The notes beneath the pieces are model-generated. The model had not been told where the DNA came from, made no database searches, and saw only the letters and a list, made by a program, of their open reading frames with translations. Below are positions 38,260-50,519 of a stretch of DNA of 64,000 nt, piece after piece. Location: contig JBBRAZ010000014.1 in assembly GCA_038206295.1 (NCBI GenBank), positions 6,771 to 70,770 on the forward strand. The letters run 5' to 3'. The position numbers and the translations under genes were made by a program. This DNA is from Acidimicrobiales bacterium. Its GTDB lineage: Bacteria; Actinomycetota; Acidimicrobiia; Acidimicrobiales; JBBRAZ01. The first letter of the stretch is position 1. Every line of letters starts with the position of its first letter.

Positions 38260-40251
38260 ATGAGCGACCCGACGCCGATCCGCACGCTGCTGGTGGCCAA
38301 CCGCGGCGAGATCGCGCGCCGCGTCCTGCGCACCGCCCGCTCCATGGGGCTTCGAACGGTTGCGGTGTTCTCCGACGTCGATGCGAAGGCGCCTCACGTG
38401 ACCGAGGCCGATGTCGCCGTGCGGCTCCCGGGCACCGCGGCAGCCGCCACCTACCTCGACGGCGCCGCGGTCCTCGCCGCCGCAGCCGCCAGCGGTGCAG
38501 ACGCGATCCACCCCGGCTACGGGTTCCTATCGGAGGACGCGTCGTTCGCCGAGGCGGTCGAGGCCGCTGGCATCACCTGGGTGGGCCCTCCGCCATCGGC
38601 CATGCGCTCCATGGCGGCCAAGGTGGCGGCGAAGGACGTCGCAGCGGCCAACGGGGTGCCCCTGCTGCCGTCGGCGGTCGTGAGCGGCGACGACGAGCAG
38701 GTGTGGCGGTCGGCAGCGGAGGCGATCGGGTTCCCGCTGCTGGTGAAGGCGTCGTCCGGCGGCGGTGGGCGCGGCATGCGCCGCGTCGATGACGCCGACG
38801 CGCTCGCCGCGGCAGTCATCGGCGGTCGCCGCGAGGCCGAGGCATCCTTCGGCGACGGCACGGTGTTCCTGGAGCGGCTGCTCGAAGCCCCGCGCCACGT
38901 GGAGGTCCAGGTCCTCGCCGACGCGCACGGCGCGGTGCTCGTGGTCGGCGAGCGCGACTGCTCGGTGCAGCGCCGCCACCAGAAGGTCATCGAGGAGGCC
39001 CCTGCGCCGTGGCTCGCGGATGCGACGCGCACCGAGCTGCACCGCACCGCCGCCGCGCTGGCCACCGCCATCGGCTACGTCGGCGCCGGCACCGTCGAGT
39101 ACCTCGTCGACGGCGAGGAGCTGTTCTTCCTCGAGATGAACACGCGCCTGCAGGTGGAGCACCCCGTCACCGAGGAGGTGCACCCCGCGCTCGCCGATCT
39201 GGTCGAGGCGCAGCTGCGCATCGCTGCGGGCGAGGCGTTGTGGGTCGCCCAGGACGATCTGGTCGTCGTCGGTCACGCCATCGAGGCGCGCCTGTACGCG
39301 GAGGATCCTGCCGCCGGCTACCTGCCGAGCCCGGGGACGGTGCACCGCTTCCGTGTGCCGTGCGAGCCCGGCATCCGCGTCGATGCGGCGGTGGTCGATG
39401 GCAGCGAGGTGTCCTCGGCCTACGACCCGATGATCGCCAAGGTCATCGCGCACGGCCGCACCCGGGGCGAGGCGGCTTCCCTCCTGGCCCGAGCGCTGCG
39501 AGGCACCGAGCTCGACGGCGTGCGCACCAACCGCGCCCAGCTGGTCGCGGTCCTCGAGGATCGGGCGTTCCTGGATGCCCCGCCGACGACCGACCTGCTC
39601 GATCGAGGTGACCTGCTCGGTGCGCCGGTCGCCGGCGTCGCTCGCAGCGCCCACCTGGTCGCGGTCCTCGGCGAGCGAGCGGCGGCGCTGCGCGACGCGA
39701 GCCCGGTGCAGTTCGCTCCGGTCGGGTTCCGCACCGTCGGCCCGGTCGACGAGCCGGTCGAGCTCGATGTCGACGGCGAGATCGTCGTGCTGCGCTGGTC
39801 GGTGGGCGCCGACGGGGCTCTCACCGTCCTGGAGCCGCACGGAGAGGCGATGAGCAGCGTGGTCGGGCGCACCTGGCGCGCCGCGGACGAGCGGCTGGTG
39901 GTGGAGGTCGACGGCGTCGCTCGTCGGGTGTCGGTGCGCCGCGTGGGCGACCGCTGGTGGGCGACCAGCGACGCCGGAACCACCGAGGTGCGGGAGATGC
40001 CGCGCTTCGTCGCACCAGGAGCGGAGGCGACCGCCGCGGGGCCGGTCGCTCCGGTGCCCGGCACGGTCGTCGCCGTCGAGGTGGCCGTCGGTGATGAGGT
40101 CGTCGCCGGCCAGGTGCTCGTGGTGCTCGAGGCCATGAAGGTCGAGCACCGCATCGAGTCCGCCACCGACGGCGTCGTCGAGGCGGTCCTGGTCGCAGCC
40201 GGCGACTCGGTCGAGGCGCACCAGGTCCTGGTGCAGGTCACCGCTCCCTGA
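38260..40251 (+). CDS. Acyl-CoA carboxylase biotin carboxylase/biotin carrier subunit
   Basis: ANRGEIA, HPGYGFLSE, GGGGRGM, QRRHQK, EMNTRLQVEHPVTE, EAMK. Confidence 0.95.
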   Translation: MSDPTPIRTLLVANRGEIARRVLRTARSMGLRTVAVFSDVDAKAPHVTEADVAVRLPGTAAAATYLDGAAVLAAAAASGADAIHPGYGFLSEDASFAEAVEAAGITWVGPPPSAMRSMAAKVAAKDVAAANGVPLLPSAVVSGDDEQVWRSAAEAIGFPLLVKASSGGGGRGMRRVDDADALAAAVIGGRREAEASFGDGTVFLERLLEAPRHVEVQVLADAHGAVLVVGERDCSVQRRHQKVIEEAPAPWLADATRTELHRTAAALATAIGYVGAGTVEYLVDGEELFFLEMNTRLQVEHPVTEEVHPALADLVEAQLRIAAGEALWVAQDDLVVVGHAIEARLYAEDPAAGYLPSPGTVHRFRVPCEPGIRVDAAVVDGSEVSSAYDPMIAKVIAHGRTRGEAASLLARALRGTELDGVRTNRAQLVAVLEDRAFLDAPPTTDLLDRGDLLGAPVAGVARSAHLVAVLGERAAALRDASPVQFAPVGFRTVGPVDEPVELDVDGEIVVLRWSVGADGALTVLEPHGEAMSSVVGRTWRAADERLVVEVDGVARRVSVRRVGDRWWATSDAGTTEVREMPRFVAPGAEATAAGPVAPVPGTVVAVEVAVGDEVVAGQVLVVLEAMKVEHRIESATDGVVEAVLVAAGDSVEAHQVLVQVTAP

Positions 40252-40314
40252 GGCGCGCACCGGGATCAGCGCAGTTCGCCCGCGCACCTCCCGCGTGTGT
40301 GCGACGCTCGAACC

Positions 40315-41238
40315 ATGGCTTCGGCTGGAGGAACCGGTGGCGGCTCGCGCGCTGCGCAGCGCCTCGTGGTCGCGCGTGAGGTCGTCGGTGCGGTCCTCGT
40401 CGAGATCCGCAAGGATCGCGTCACGGCGCTGGCGGCCGAGGTCGCCTTCTTCGTCCAGCTCAGCGTGCTGCCGATGGTGCTGGTGCTCGCCGCGCTCCTC
40501 GGCCTCCTCGAGCCCCTCGGCGCTGCTGATCTCGCCGCTGACGCCGAGCGGGCGATCACCGATGCGCTGCGCGACGCGCTCGGCTCCGACGACACCGCGC
40601 TGGTGGAGGCCGTCGGGGATCTCTTCGCCGAGTCGAGCCTCGGCATCCTCACGTTCGGCGCGCTCGGCGCCCTGTGGTCGGGGTCCAAGGCGTTCGCTGG
40701 GCTCGCGGCGGCGCTCGACGTCGTCTACGGCCTCGAGGAGGAGCGCTCGTGGCTGAAGCTGCGGCGCGACGCCCTGCTGCTCGCCATGGGGACCGCGGTC
40801 GTGGTTGCGCTCGGCACCTTCGCGCTGGTGGCCGGTCCGCTGCTGGGGGTGGGCCGCGACGTCGCCGATCGACTGGGCGCCGGCGACGGCTTCGCTCGGG
40901 CGTGGAACCTGCTGCAGGTGCCCGTGGCCGCGGCGATCGCCGTCGCCTGGTTGGTGACGCTGCTGCACGCCGCGCCCGATCACCGCACGCCGTGGCGCTC
41001 CGATCTCCCCGGAGCGGTGCTCGCTGCGGTGTGGTGGCTGCTCGCTACGTTCGGGCTCCGCGTGTACCTGGCGATCGCCGGCGACGGCAACGTCGTGTAC
41101 GGCGCGCTGGGCGGCGTGCTGTCCTTCTCGCTGTGGATCTACCTGCTCATGCTCGGCGTCCTCGTGGGCGGCGAGCTGAACCAGGTCCTCGACGATCGGC
41201 GAGCAGCGTCGAGCAGCGGTGACCCGACGATTAGCTGA
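40315..41238 (+). CDS. YihY/BrkB family membrane protein
   Basis: AAEVAFF, PGA..A...W, YGALG, LWIYL....VL.GGELN. Confidence 0.88.
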   Translation: MASAGGTGGGSRAAQRLVVAREVVGAVLVEIRKDRVTALAAEVAFFVQLSVLPMVLVLAALLGLLEPLGAADLAADAERAITDALRDALGSDDTALVEAVGDLFAESSLGILTFGALGALWSGSKAFAGLAAALDVVYGLEEERSWLKLRRDALLLAMGTAVVVALGTFALVAGPLLGVGRDVADRLGAGDGFARAWNLLQVPVAAAIAVAWLVTLLHAAPDHRTPWRSDLPGAVLAAVWWLLATFGLRVYLAIAGDGNVVYGALGGVLSFSLWIYLLMLGVLVGGELNQVLDDRRAASSSGDPTIS

Positions 41239-41290
41239 CGGGGCGTCAGGGAATGACCGTGGTCACGTCCCCCTGCCTACCCTGTGCGCC

Positions 41291-43087
41291 GTGTCTGACT
41301 ACGTGCCACCCATCAACGACCTCTCGTTCGTCCTGGATCACATCGTGGACCTGCCCGCGGTGTGCGCACTGGAGGGCTTCGAGCACGTCGATCGCGAGAC
41401 GGTCCTCGGCGCGCTCGAGGAGTTCGGTCGCCTCTGCAGCGAGGTCATCGCCCCGCTGAACCGCGTCGGCGACCTGCAGGGGAGCACGTGGCACCCCGAC
41501 TTCTCCGTCACCACGCCCGAGGGGTTCCCCGAGGCCTACGAGCAGTACCGCAAGGCAGGCTGGGGAGCGGTCGCGTTCCCGGAGGAGTACGGCGGCGGCG
41601 GCTTCCCCCTCACGGTGTCGCTCGCCCTCGACGAGCTTCTCACCAGCGCCAACATGGCGTTCTCCATGGCGCCGCTGCTCGGGCACGGAGCGATCGAGCT
41701 CCTGCTGGAGCACGGCTCGGAGGAGCAGAAGGAGGTGTACGCCACCCGTCTCGTGAGCGGCGAGTGGACCGGCACCATGAACCTCACCGAGCCCGATGCC
41801 GGCTCCGATGTCGGGGCGCTGCGCACCAAGGCCGTGCCTCAGCCCGACGGCCGCTACCGCATCACCGGCACGAAGATCTTCATCACCTTCGGCGACCACG
41901 ACCTCACCGAGCAGATCGCCCACCTCGTGCTCGCCCGCACTCCCGATGCGCCTCCGGGCACGAAGGGCATCTCCTGCTTCATCGTCCCCAAGCTCCTCGT
42001 CAACGACGACGGCACGCTCGGCGAGCGCAACACGGCGAACGTCGTGTCCATCGAGCACAAGATGGGGATCAAGGCCAGCCCCACGTGCGTCATGGACTAC
42101 GACGACGCGGTCGGGTACCTCATCGGCGAGGAGAACGCCGGCATGCGCTACATGTTCACGATGATGAACAACGCACGCCTCGGCGTCGGCCTCGAGGGCT
42201 TGGCGCTGTCGGAGCGCGCGTGGCAGATGGCGCGCACCTACGCCGAGGAGCGCCGCCAGGGTCGGGCGCCCGGCTCCGCACCGGGCACCAGCAGCCCGAT
42301 CATCGAGCACCCCGACGTTCGGCGCATGCTCCTCACCATGAAGGCGCTCGTCGAGGCGCAGCGCGCCCTCGTGCTGCTGAACGCGCAGGCCCTCGACGTC
42401 GCCGGGCACCACGGCGACGAGTCTGTGCGCACCGAGGCCGCCGACCTCGCCGATCTGCTCACGCCGCTCACCAAGGCGTGGTGCACCGACATGGGCGTCG
42501 AGGTGACGTCGCTGGCGGTGCAGGTGCACGGCGGGATGGGCTTCATCGAGGAGACCGGCGTGGCGCAGCTCTACCGCGATGCTCGGATCGCACCCATCTA
42601 CGAGGGAACCAACGGGATCCAGGCCATGGACCTCGTCGGGCGCAAGCTGCCGATGCGCGGGGGAGCGGTGATCGGCGCGTTCCTCGATGGCATCGATGCC
42701 ACGATCGCCGAGCTGCGCGCCGGCGACGAGGCGCTCGTCGCGATCGGTGACGCGCTCGCTGACGGCCTGGCGGAGGTGCGCGAGGCGACGTCGTGGATCT
42801 TCGAGCACGGCCTGGCCAATCCCACCGATGCGCTGGCCGGGGCGACGCCGTACCTGCGGATGCTGAGCACGCTCACCGGCGGCTGGCTGCTCGGTCGCGG
42901 CGCGCTGGCTGCGCGCCGCGTGCTGAGCGAGGACACCGCAGGGGGCGACGAGGGGTTCTACGAGGCGAAGGTGGTGACCGCCCGGTTCTTCGCCGAGCAG
43001 CTCCTGCCAGCAGCGAGCGGCCTCAAGACATCGGTCACCGGCGGCGCCGGCATCTTGTTCGCCATCGACGCCGAGCACCTTCGCTGA
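41291..43087 (+). CDS. Acyl-CoA dehydrogenase (FadE5/DmdC-like)
   Basis: GTMNLTEP.AGSD, GTKIFIT, EHKMGI..SPT, QVHGGMG, IYEGTNGIQA.DL.GRK. Confidence 0.93.
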   Translation: MSDYVPPINDLSFVLDHIVDLPAVCALEGFEHVDRETVLGALEEFGRLCSEVIAPLNRVGDLQGSTWHPDFSVTTPEGFPEAYEQYRKAGWGAVAFPEEYGGGGFPLTVSLALDELLTSANMAFSMAPLLGHGAIELLLEHGSEEQKEVYATRLVSGEWTGTMNLTEPDAGSDVGALRTKAVPQPDGRYRITGTKIFITFGDHDLTEQIAHLVLARTPDAPPGTKGISCFIVPKLLVNDDGTLGERNTANVVSIEHKMGIKASPTCVMDYDDAVGYLIGEENAGMRYMFTMMNNARLGVGLEGLALSERAWQMARTYAEERRQGRAPGSAPGTSSPIIEHPDVRRMLLTMKALVEAQRALVLLNAQALDVAGHHGDESVRTEAADLADLLTPLTKAWCTDMGVEVTSLAVQVHGGMGFIEETGVAQLYRDARIAPIYEGTNGIQAMDLVGRKLPMRGGAVIGAFLDGIDATIAELRAGDEALVAIGDALADGLAEVREATSWIFEHGLANPTDALAGATPYLRMLSTLTGGWLLGRGALAARRVLSEDTAGGDEGFYEAKVVTARFFAEQLLPAASGLKTSVTGGAGILFAIDAEHLR

Positions 43088-43178
43088 GCCACCATCGACT
43101 GCTGCTGCGGCCGGGCGCGTTCCAGGCGAGCTCGCCGAGAGGGCTCGATCTGCACCTGCGGTCGCTAGCCTGCCGAGC

Positions 43179-44102
43179 GTGATCGCGGCCATCCCGAGTC
43201 CGGGCTTCAACTCGATCGGCCCGTTCCGCCTCTACGGGCTGATGATCGCGCTCGGGGTCCTCATCGGGATCGAGATCGCGACTCGTCGCTGGCGCGCCCG
43301 TGGCGGCGACCCCGAGGACATCGGCGCCATCGCCATATGGGTGGTGCCCGTCGGCCTGATCGGCACGCGCCTCTACCACGTCGCGACGGATTGGAAGACC
43401 TACCGCGACGCTCCCCTCGATGCACTCAAGATCTGGGACGGCGGCCTCGGCATCCCCGGCGGCATCCTCGCGGGCCTCCTGGTCGGCGTGTGGGTGGTGC
43501 GCCGCATGGGGATCCGACCCAGCGTGGCCATCGATGTCATCCTGCCGACCCTTCCGCTCGCGCAGGCCATCGGACGGTTCGGGAACTGGTTCAACCAGGA
43601 GCTGTTCGGTCGGCCCACGGACCTGCCGTGGGGCCTGCAGATCGATCCCGAGCACCGGCCGATCGGCTACGAGCAGACCGAGACGTTCCACCCGACGTTC
43701 CTCTACGAGGGGCTGTGGAACGTCGGGCTGTTCTTCCTGCTCCTGCGACTCGACAGGACGAGGAAGCTCCGTCCCGGCTCGGTGCTGCCGCTCTACGTGC
43801 TCGGCTACGGAATCGGGCGCTTCTGGGTCGAGTTGATGCGCATCGACCCGGCGAGCCTCGTGCTCGGCGTGCGCATCAACCTCTGGGTCAGCGGCCTGAT
43901 GGTGCTGGGTTCGGTCGTCGTGTTCGCCGTGCGTGGTGTGCGGCGTCGTCCCGACGACGAGGACGGCCCCTACCTCGACGGTCACATCTTCGAGCCGCAC
44001 GCCACGCACGCCGAACGAGCGCAGTCGCTGCACCCAGATGCTGCGGCAGAGCTCGATCCAGATCCAGACCCAGATCCAGAGCGCGGGGCGACCGGGAGCT
44101 AG
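43179..44102 (+). CDS. lgt: Prolipoprotein diacylglyceryl transferase
   Basis: YGLMIA, RLYHV, WDGGL...GG, QAIGRFGNWFNQELFG, HPTFLYE. Confidence 0.95.
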   Translation: MIAAIPSPGFNSIGPFRLYGLMIALGVLIGIEIATRRWRARGGDPEDIGAIAIWVVPVGLIGTRLYHVATDWKTYRDAPLDALKIWDGGLGIPGGILAGLLVGVWVVRRMGIRPSVAIDVILPTLPLAQAIGRFGNWFNQELFGRPTDLPWGLQIDPEHRPIGYEQTETFHPTFLYEGLWNVGLFFLLLRLDRTRKLRPGSVLPLYVLGYGIGRFWVELMRIDPASLVLGVRINLWVSGLMVLGSVVVFAVRGVRRRPDDEDGPYLDGHIFEPHATHAERAQSLHPDAAAELDPDPDPDPERGATGS

Positions 44103-44123
44103 GACCACATCCCTTCTCGTACC

Positions 44124-44162
44124 GTGCATGGTGGCTTCCGGTCATCGGAAGCCACCATGCAC
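44124..44162. repeat. 17-bp perfect inverted repeat between convergent genes (REP-like / terminator)
   Basis: GTGCATGGTGGCTTCCG-GTCAT-CGGAAGCCACCATGCAC. Confidence 0.8.
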
Positions 44163-44196
44163 AGAACGCGTGGGTGTGGGGGTGAGGGTCGGTGCC

Positions 44197-45195
44197 TCAG
44201 CGGGGGATGGGGCTGCCGGCGGCGTGGAGCAGGTCGTCGAGGTGGCTGCGGCCCTTCACCACCCGCGCCAGGCGGTTGTAGGGGTGGTGCGGCGACAGCT
44301 GGTCGGCCGGTGCTGGCGGCGGGAAGAGCAGCAGCTCGCGGAGGTCGTACGCGATGCAGTAGACGCGCAGGCGGTCGATCAGGCGTGGGTGCGCGAACAG
44401 CTCCGGGTACTCCGACGCCAACCACAGCGGCACGCGTGCGTAGTCCTCGGCCACGGTGAGGTGCTCGTAGTCCTCCGCGACGTGCAGGTACGGGTAGGCG
44501 CAGAACCGCAGGAAGATGTCGAGCTCGAGGTCCGGTGGCGCAGCGTGGGACCACTCGAAGTCGAGGATCGCGGTGACCTTCTTGCCGTCCCACAGCACGT
44601 TCTCGAAGTGCAGGTCGCCGTGGATCATGGTGCTGACGATGTAGCCGTCGAGCGCATCGCAGGTGGTGCGCACGAGCTCCCGGGTGGCGTCCAGCAGGTC
44701 GAGGCGGATGTGCGGCAGCTGCGCGGCCTCGTCGATGGCGTTGAACAGCGGCTCGATCGGGTTCGCCCACCTGCTGCCGCCGAGCAGGTGCGGGCTGTCG
44801 ATCTCCGGGAGGTCCTCGGGCTGCTTGACCTGGTGGAGGGCCTGCAGCTTGCTGGCGACCTGGCGCGTCGCCTCCTCGCGCTCCGAGTCGTCCATGGTGG
44901 GCCACCACCGCGAGAGCACCTCGCCTGGCATGCGCTTGACGATCAGGTAGTCAGCACCCAGCTCGCCTCCGTAGGCGACGACCTCCGGGTAGCCGACCTC
45001 GGGCGGCAGCTGCGGAGCGAGCACGGCCTCGCGCCGCAGGCGCTGGTTGGGGGTCCGGTTCACCCTGATCACGTACCGCTCGGAGATCCACACCTCGTTG
45101 GTCACGCTGCTGGCGCGCACGAGGCTCATCTGCTGGTCCAGTCCGGCGTCGGACAGCGCCTTCTTGGCCCGCGCCACCGCGAAGCTGCTGCTCAT
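44197..45195 (-). CDS. APH/choline-kinase-like phosphotransferase
   Basis: IHGDLHFENVL...AILDFEW, DLE. Confidence 0.88.
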   Translation of the reverse strand: MSSSFAVARAKKALSDAGLDQQMSLVRASSVTNEVWISERYVIRVNRTPNQRLRREAVLAPQLPPEVGYPEVVAYGGELGADYLIVKRMPGEVLSRWWPTMDDSEREEATRQVASKLQALHQVKQPEDLPEIDSPHLLGGSRWANPIEPLFNAIDEAAQLPHIRLDLLDATRELVRTTCDALDGYIVSTMIHGDLHFENVLWDGKKVTAILDFEWSHAAPPDLELDIFLRFCAYPYLHVAEDYEHLTVAEDYARVPLWLASEYPELFAHPRLIDRLRVYCIAYDLRELLLFPPPAPADQLSPHHPYNRLARVVKGRSHLDDLLHAAGSPIPR

Positions 45196-45274
45196 CGGGC
45201 TCGTCGCCTCATGGTCCCCCTCTTGGGGGTGAGCGCCGCAGCGGCGCGCCGAGGCACGGGCAGGCTGCCTGCCA

Positions 45275-46081
45275 TCAGCCGAGATCCCAGAGCATGGAGC
45301 CGGAGCCGGAGCCGAGCAGGGCCTTCGCGGGGGTCTGCTTGTCGATGTGGCCGATCAGCATGTTGTACGTGCCGTACCCGACGAGCTGCTGGAGTCGCTT
45401 GTCGAACGTCGCGACGAGGCGAGGTGGGATGCCCAGCTGCTGGTTCTCCTGCTGGCGGATCCAGCCGGCGCAGTAGTTCATCGCCACGCCGATGCGCGTC
45501 ATCGAGGTGGTGTTGGCGCCGCCGCCGTGCCACAGGCTGCCATGCCACACCAGCACGCTGCCGCGCGACATCTCCGCCGGGATGCTGTCGTAGGCGGTGC
45601 CGTAGTCGGGGTGGTGGTCGAGGAGGTGGGAGCCCGGGATGATGCGTGTCGCCCCGTTGGCCTCGGTGAAGTCGGTGAGCGCCCACATCGAGTTGCAGAC
45701 CGTCGGCACGTGCGGCCGCGGGAGCGGGATCACCTGGTCGTCTGCGTGGATCGGCTGCGCGAGCTCCCCCGGTCCGATGGCGATCGACGACAGGCTGGAG
45801 ATGAGGCAGCCGGGGTCGAGCACCCGCTCCACGATCGGGAGCACCGAGCTGTGCACCGGGACCTGCTGCCACAGCGCACCGTGTGCGAGGAGGTTGTAGA
45901 CGCGACGCGTGCGTCGGCCCTCGAAGCCGTTGTCGCCGGGCTCGATGCGCAGCTCGGTCTCGAGCCGGTCCAGATCCGCTGCGAGGGCGTCGAGGAGATC
46001 GGGCTCGATCGCATCACGCACGACCGTGTAGCCCTGCGCCGCGATCTCAGCAGCGTGCGCTGCGGCCTGCTCGTCGTCCAT
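45275..46081 (-). CDS. Phytanoyl-CoA dioxygenase (PhyH) family Fe(II)/2OG oxygenase
   Basis: QPIHADD, NGAT.IIPGSH, WHGGG.N, R. Confidence 0.92.
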   Translation of the reverse strand: MDDEQAAAHAAEIAAQGYTVVRDAIEPDLLDALAADLDRLETELRIEPGDNGFEGRRTRRVYNLLAHGALWQQVPVHSSVLPIVERVLDPGCLISSLSSIAIGPGELAQPIHADDQVIPLPRPHVPTVCNSMWALTDFTEANGATRIIPGSHLLDHHPDYGTAYDSIPAEMSRGSVLVWHGSLWHGGGANTTSMTRIGVAMNYCAGWIRQQENQQLGIPPRLVATFDKRLQQLVGYGTYNMLIGHIDKQTPAKALLGSGSGSMLWDLG

Positions 46082-46228
46082 GGTCTCCCTCCGGGGCATC
46101 GTAGGCCTGCTGCGACCGCGGTCGGGGGAGCCGCCGCGCCGCCGACCGCCCCTCCACCATCGACCGTCGGGCCATCGGGGGTACGGGCCCGCTCGCCGGG
46201 CCAGCTCCGGACCGCTGGCCGGCGTCGG

Positions 46229-46250
46229 TGTCGCACCCCGTCGCTACCGT
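46229..46250 (+). promoter_or_regulatory. RecA-NDp / PafBC-type promoter upstream of comF
   Basis: TGTCGC-N10-TACCGT, then 6 nt and an in-frame GTG at 46257. Confidence 0.65.
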
Positions 46251-46256
46251 CGCCAC

Positions 46257-46913
46257 GTGCTCTCGAATCGACCGATGCGCGCCACCACCCGCCCACCACG
46301 CTGGCGCTCGTGCATCACCTGCGACGGCCCGGGGCCGTCGCCGTGCCGCCGGTGCGCTGCGCTCCTCGAGCCCGCACCCATCGGCCCGCTCCCCGACGGG
46401 GTCGACGCGCTGGTCGCGCTGCTGTCGCTCGAGGGGATCGGCCGGGTCCTGGTCCACCGGTGGAAGTTCGACGGCCGCGACGATGCGCTCGGCCCCCTGG
46501 CGATGGCGCTGCACGGTCAGCTGGGCGCATCTGGAGCGCCAGCCGGCCTCGACGCGGTCACCTGGGCACCCACCGCTCCGGCTCGGCGTCGCGCTCGGGG
46601 TCGCGATCAGGCCCAGGCCCTCGCCGATGCGGTGGCCCGACTCGCCGACGTGCCACTCGTGGGGCTCCTCGCTCGGGCTCCCAGCCGGGCGCAGACGGGG
46701 AGGTCGCGCGCGGAGCGCCTCTCCGGCCCGCGCTTCGCCGCCCTCGCGTCGAGCCCACCCAGGGTGCTGGTGGTCGACGACGTCGTCACCACCGGCGCGA
46801 CGCTCGCGGCCGCTGCGGCCGCTGCGGGCGCGCTGCGCTCCGCTGGAGCGAGCTGCGTCGTGGCGGCGGTGGTCGCCCGCACGCCCCTCGCCCGCGCCTC
46901 GCCTCCGCACTAG
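46257..46913 (+). CDS. comF: ComF family protein (Zn finger + PRTase domain)
   Basis: CITC...CRRC, KF.G, RG.DQA..LA, LVVDDVVTTGATL; start approximate. Confidence 0.85.
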   Translation: MLSNRPMRATTRPPRWRSCITCDGPGPSPCRRCAALLEPAPIGPLPDGVDALVALLSLEGIGRVLVHRWKFDGRDDALGPLAMALHGQLGASGAPAGLDAVTWAPTAPARRRARGRDQAQALADAVARLADVPLVGLLARAPSRAQTGRSRAERLSGPRFAALASSPPRVLVVDDVVTTGATLAAAAAAAGALRSAGASCVVAAVVARTPLARASPPH

Positions 46914-46949
46914 AGTTCGCTCGGGCGGCCTCACCGGGGCCCCGGGGGC

Positions 46950-47663
46950 GTGAACCACGAGATGACCGACTTCCTCGATGACTTCTTCGGGGAGTCCAGC
47001 TGGTCGGAGGCGGAGATCCGGCTGCTGGTCTGCGACGACCACGCGCTGTTCCGGCGCGGGCTCATCGCCACCATCGAAGAGGAATCCGACCTCGAGGTGC
47101 TGGGAGAGGCGGCTGACGCGGATGAGGCGGTGCTGCTGGCCGAGGAGCTCGCACCCGACGTGATCCTCATGGACGTCCGCATGCCCGGCGGCGGCGGGAT
47201 CGACGCCACGCGGCGCATCACCGATCTCGTGCCGGGCACCCGCGTGCTCATGCTGACCGTCAGCGACGACCCCGACGACCTCCTCGAGGCGGTCAAGGCG
47301 GGAGCCGCCGGCTACCTCCTCAAGGAGGTGTCCTCCGCCGACATCGCCACCGCGGTGCGCGCCGTGCACGCCGGCGCCAGCCCGCTGTCTCCGATGCTGG
47401 CCGAGAAGCTCATGGCGGAGTTCCTCACCCTCGAGCACCGCAGCGAGGCGGTGCCCAAGCCGCCGAAGCTCGCCCCTCGGGAGCTCGAGGTGCTGCGCCT
47501 CGTCGCCGCGGGCATGAGCAACCGAGCCATCGCCGAGGAGCTGGGCATCAGCCCGAACACGGTGAAGAACCACGTCGGAAACATCCTCGAGAAGCTCCAG
47601 CTCCACTCGCGCACCGAGGCCGCGATGTACGCGGTGCGCGAGCGCCTCCTCGACATCACCTGA
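46950..47663 (+). CDS. NarL/LuxR family response regulator
   Basis: DDH.LFRRG, DVILMD..MP, GYLLK, RELEVL..VA.G.SN..IA, TVKNHV.NILEKL. Confidence 0.93.
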   Translation: MNHEMTDFLDDFFGESSWSEAEIRLLVCDDHALFRRGLIATIEEESDLEVLGEAADADEAVLLAEELAPDVILMDVRMPGGGGIDATRRITDLVPGTRVLMLTVSDDPDDLLEAVKAGAAGYLLKEVSSADIATAVRAVHAGASPLSPMLAEKLMAEFLTLEHRSEAVPKPPKLAPRELEVLRLVAAGMSNRAIAEELGISPNTVKNHVGNILEKLQLHSRTEAAMYAVRERLLDIT

Positions 47664-47732
47664 GGCTCGTCGCGCACCTCGGGCGACGCGGGGGGAGTGC
47701 GGGCGCCGACCACCGGTAGAGTGATCGATCGC

Positions 47733-50504
<2,772 letters not shown>

Positions 50505-50519
50505 GCCGCGCCCGCACCC

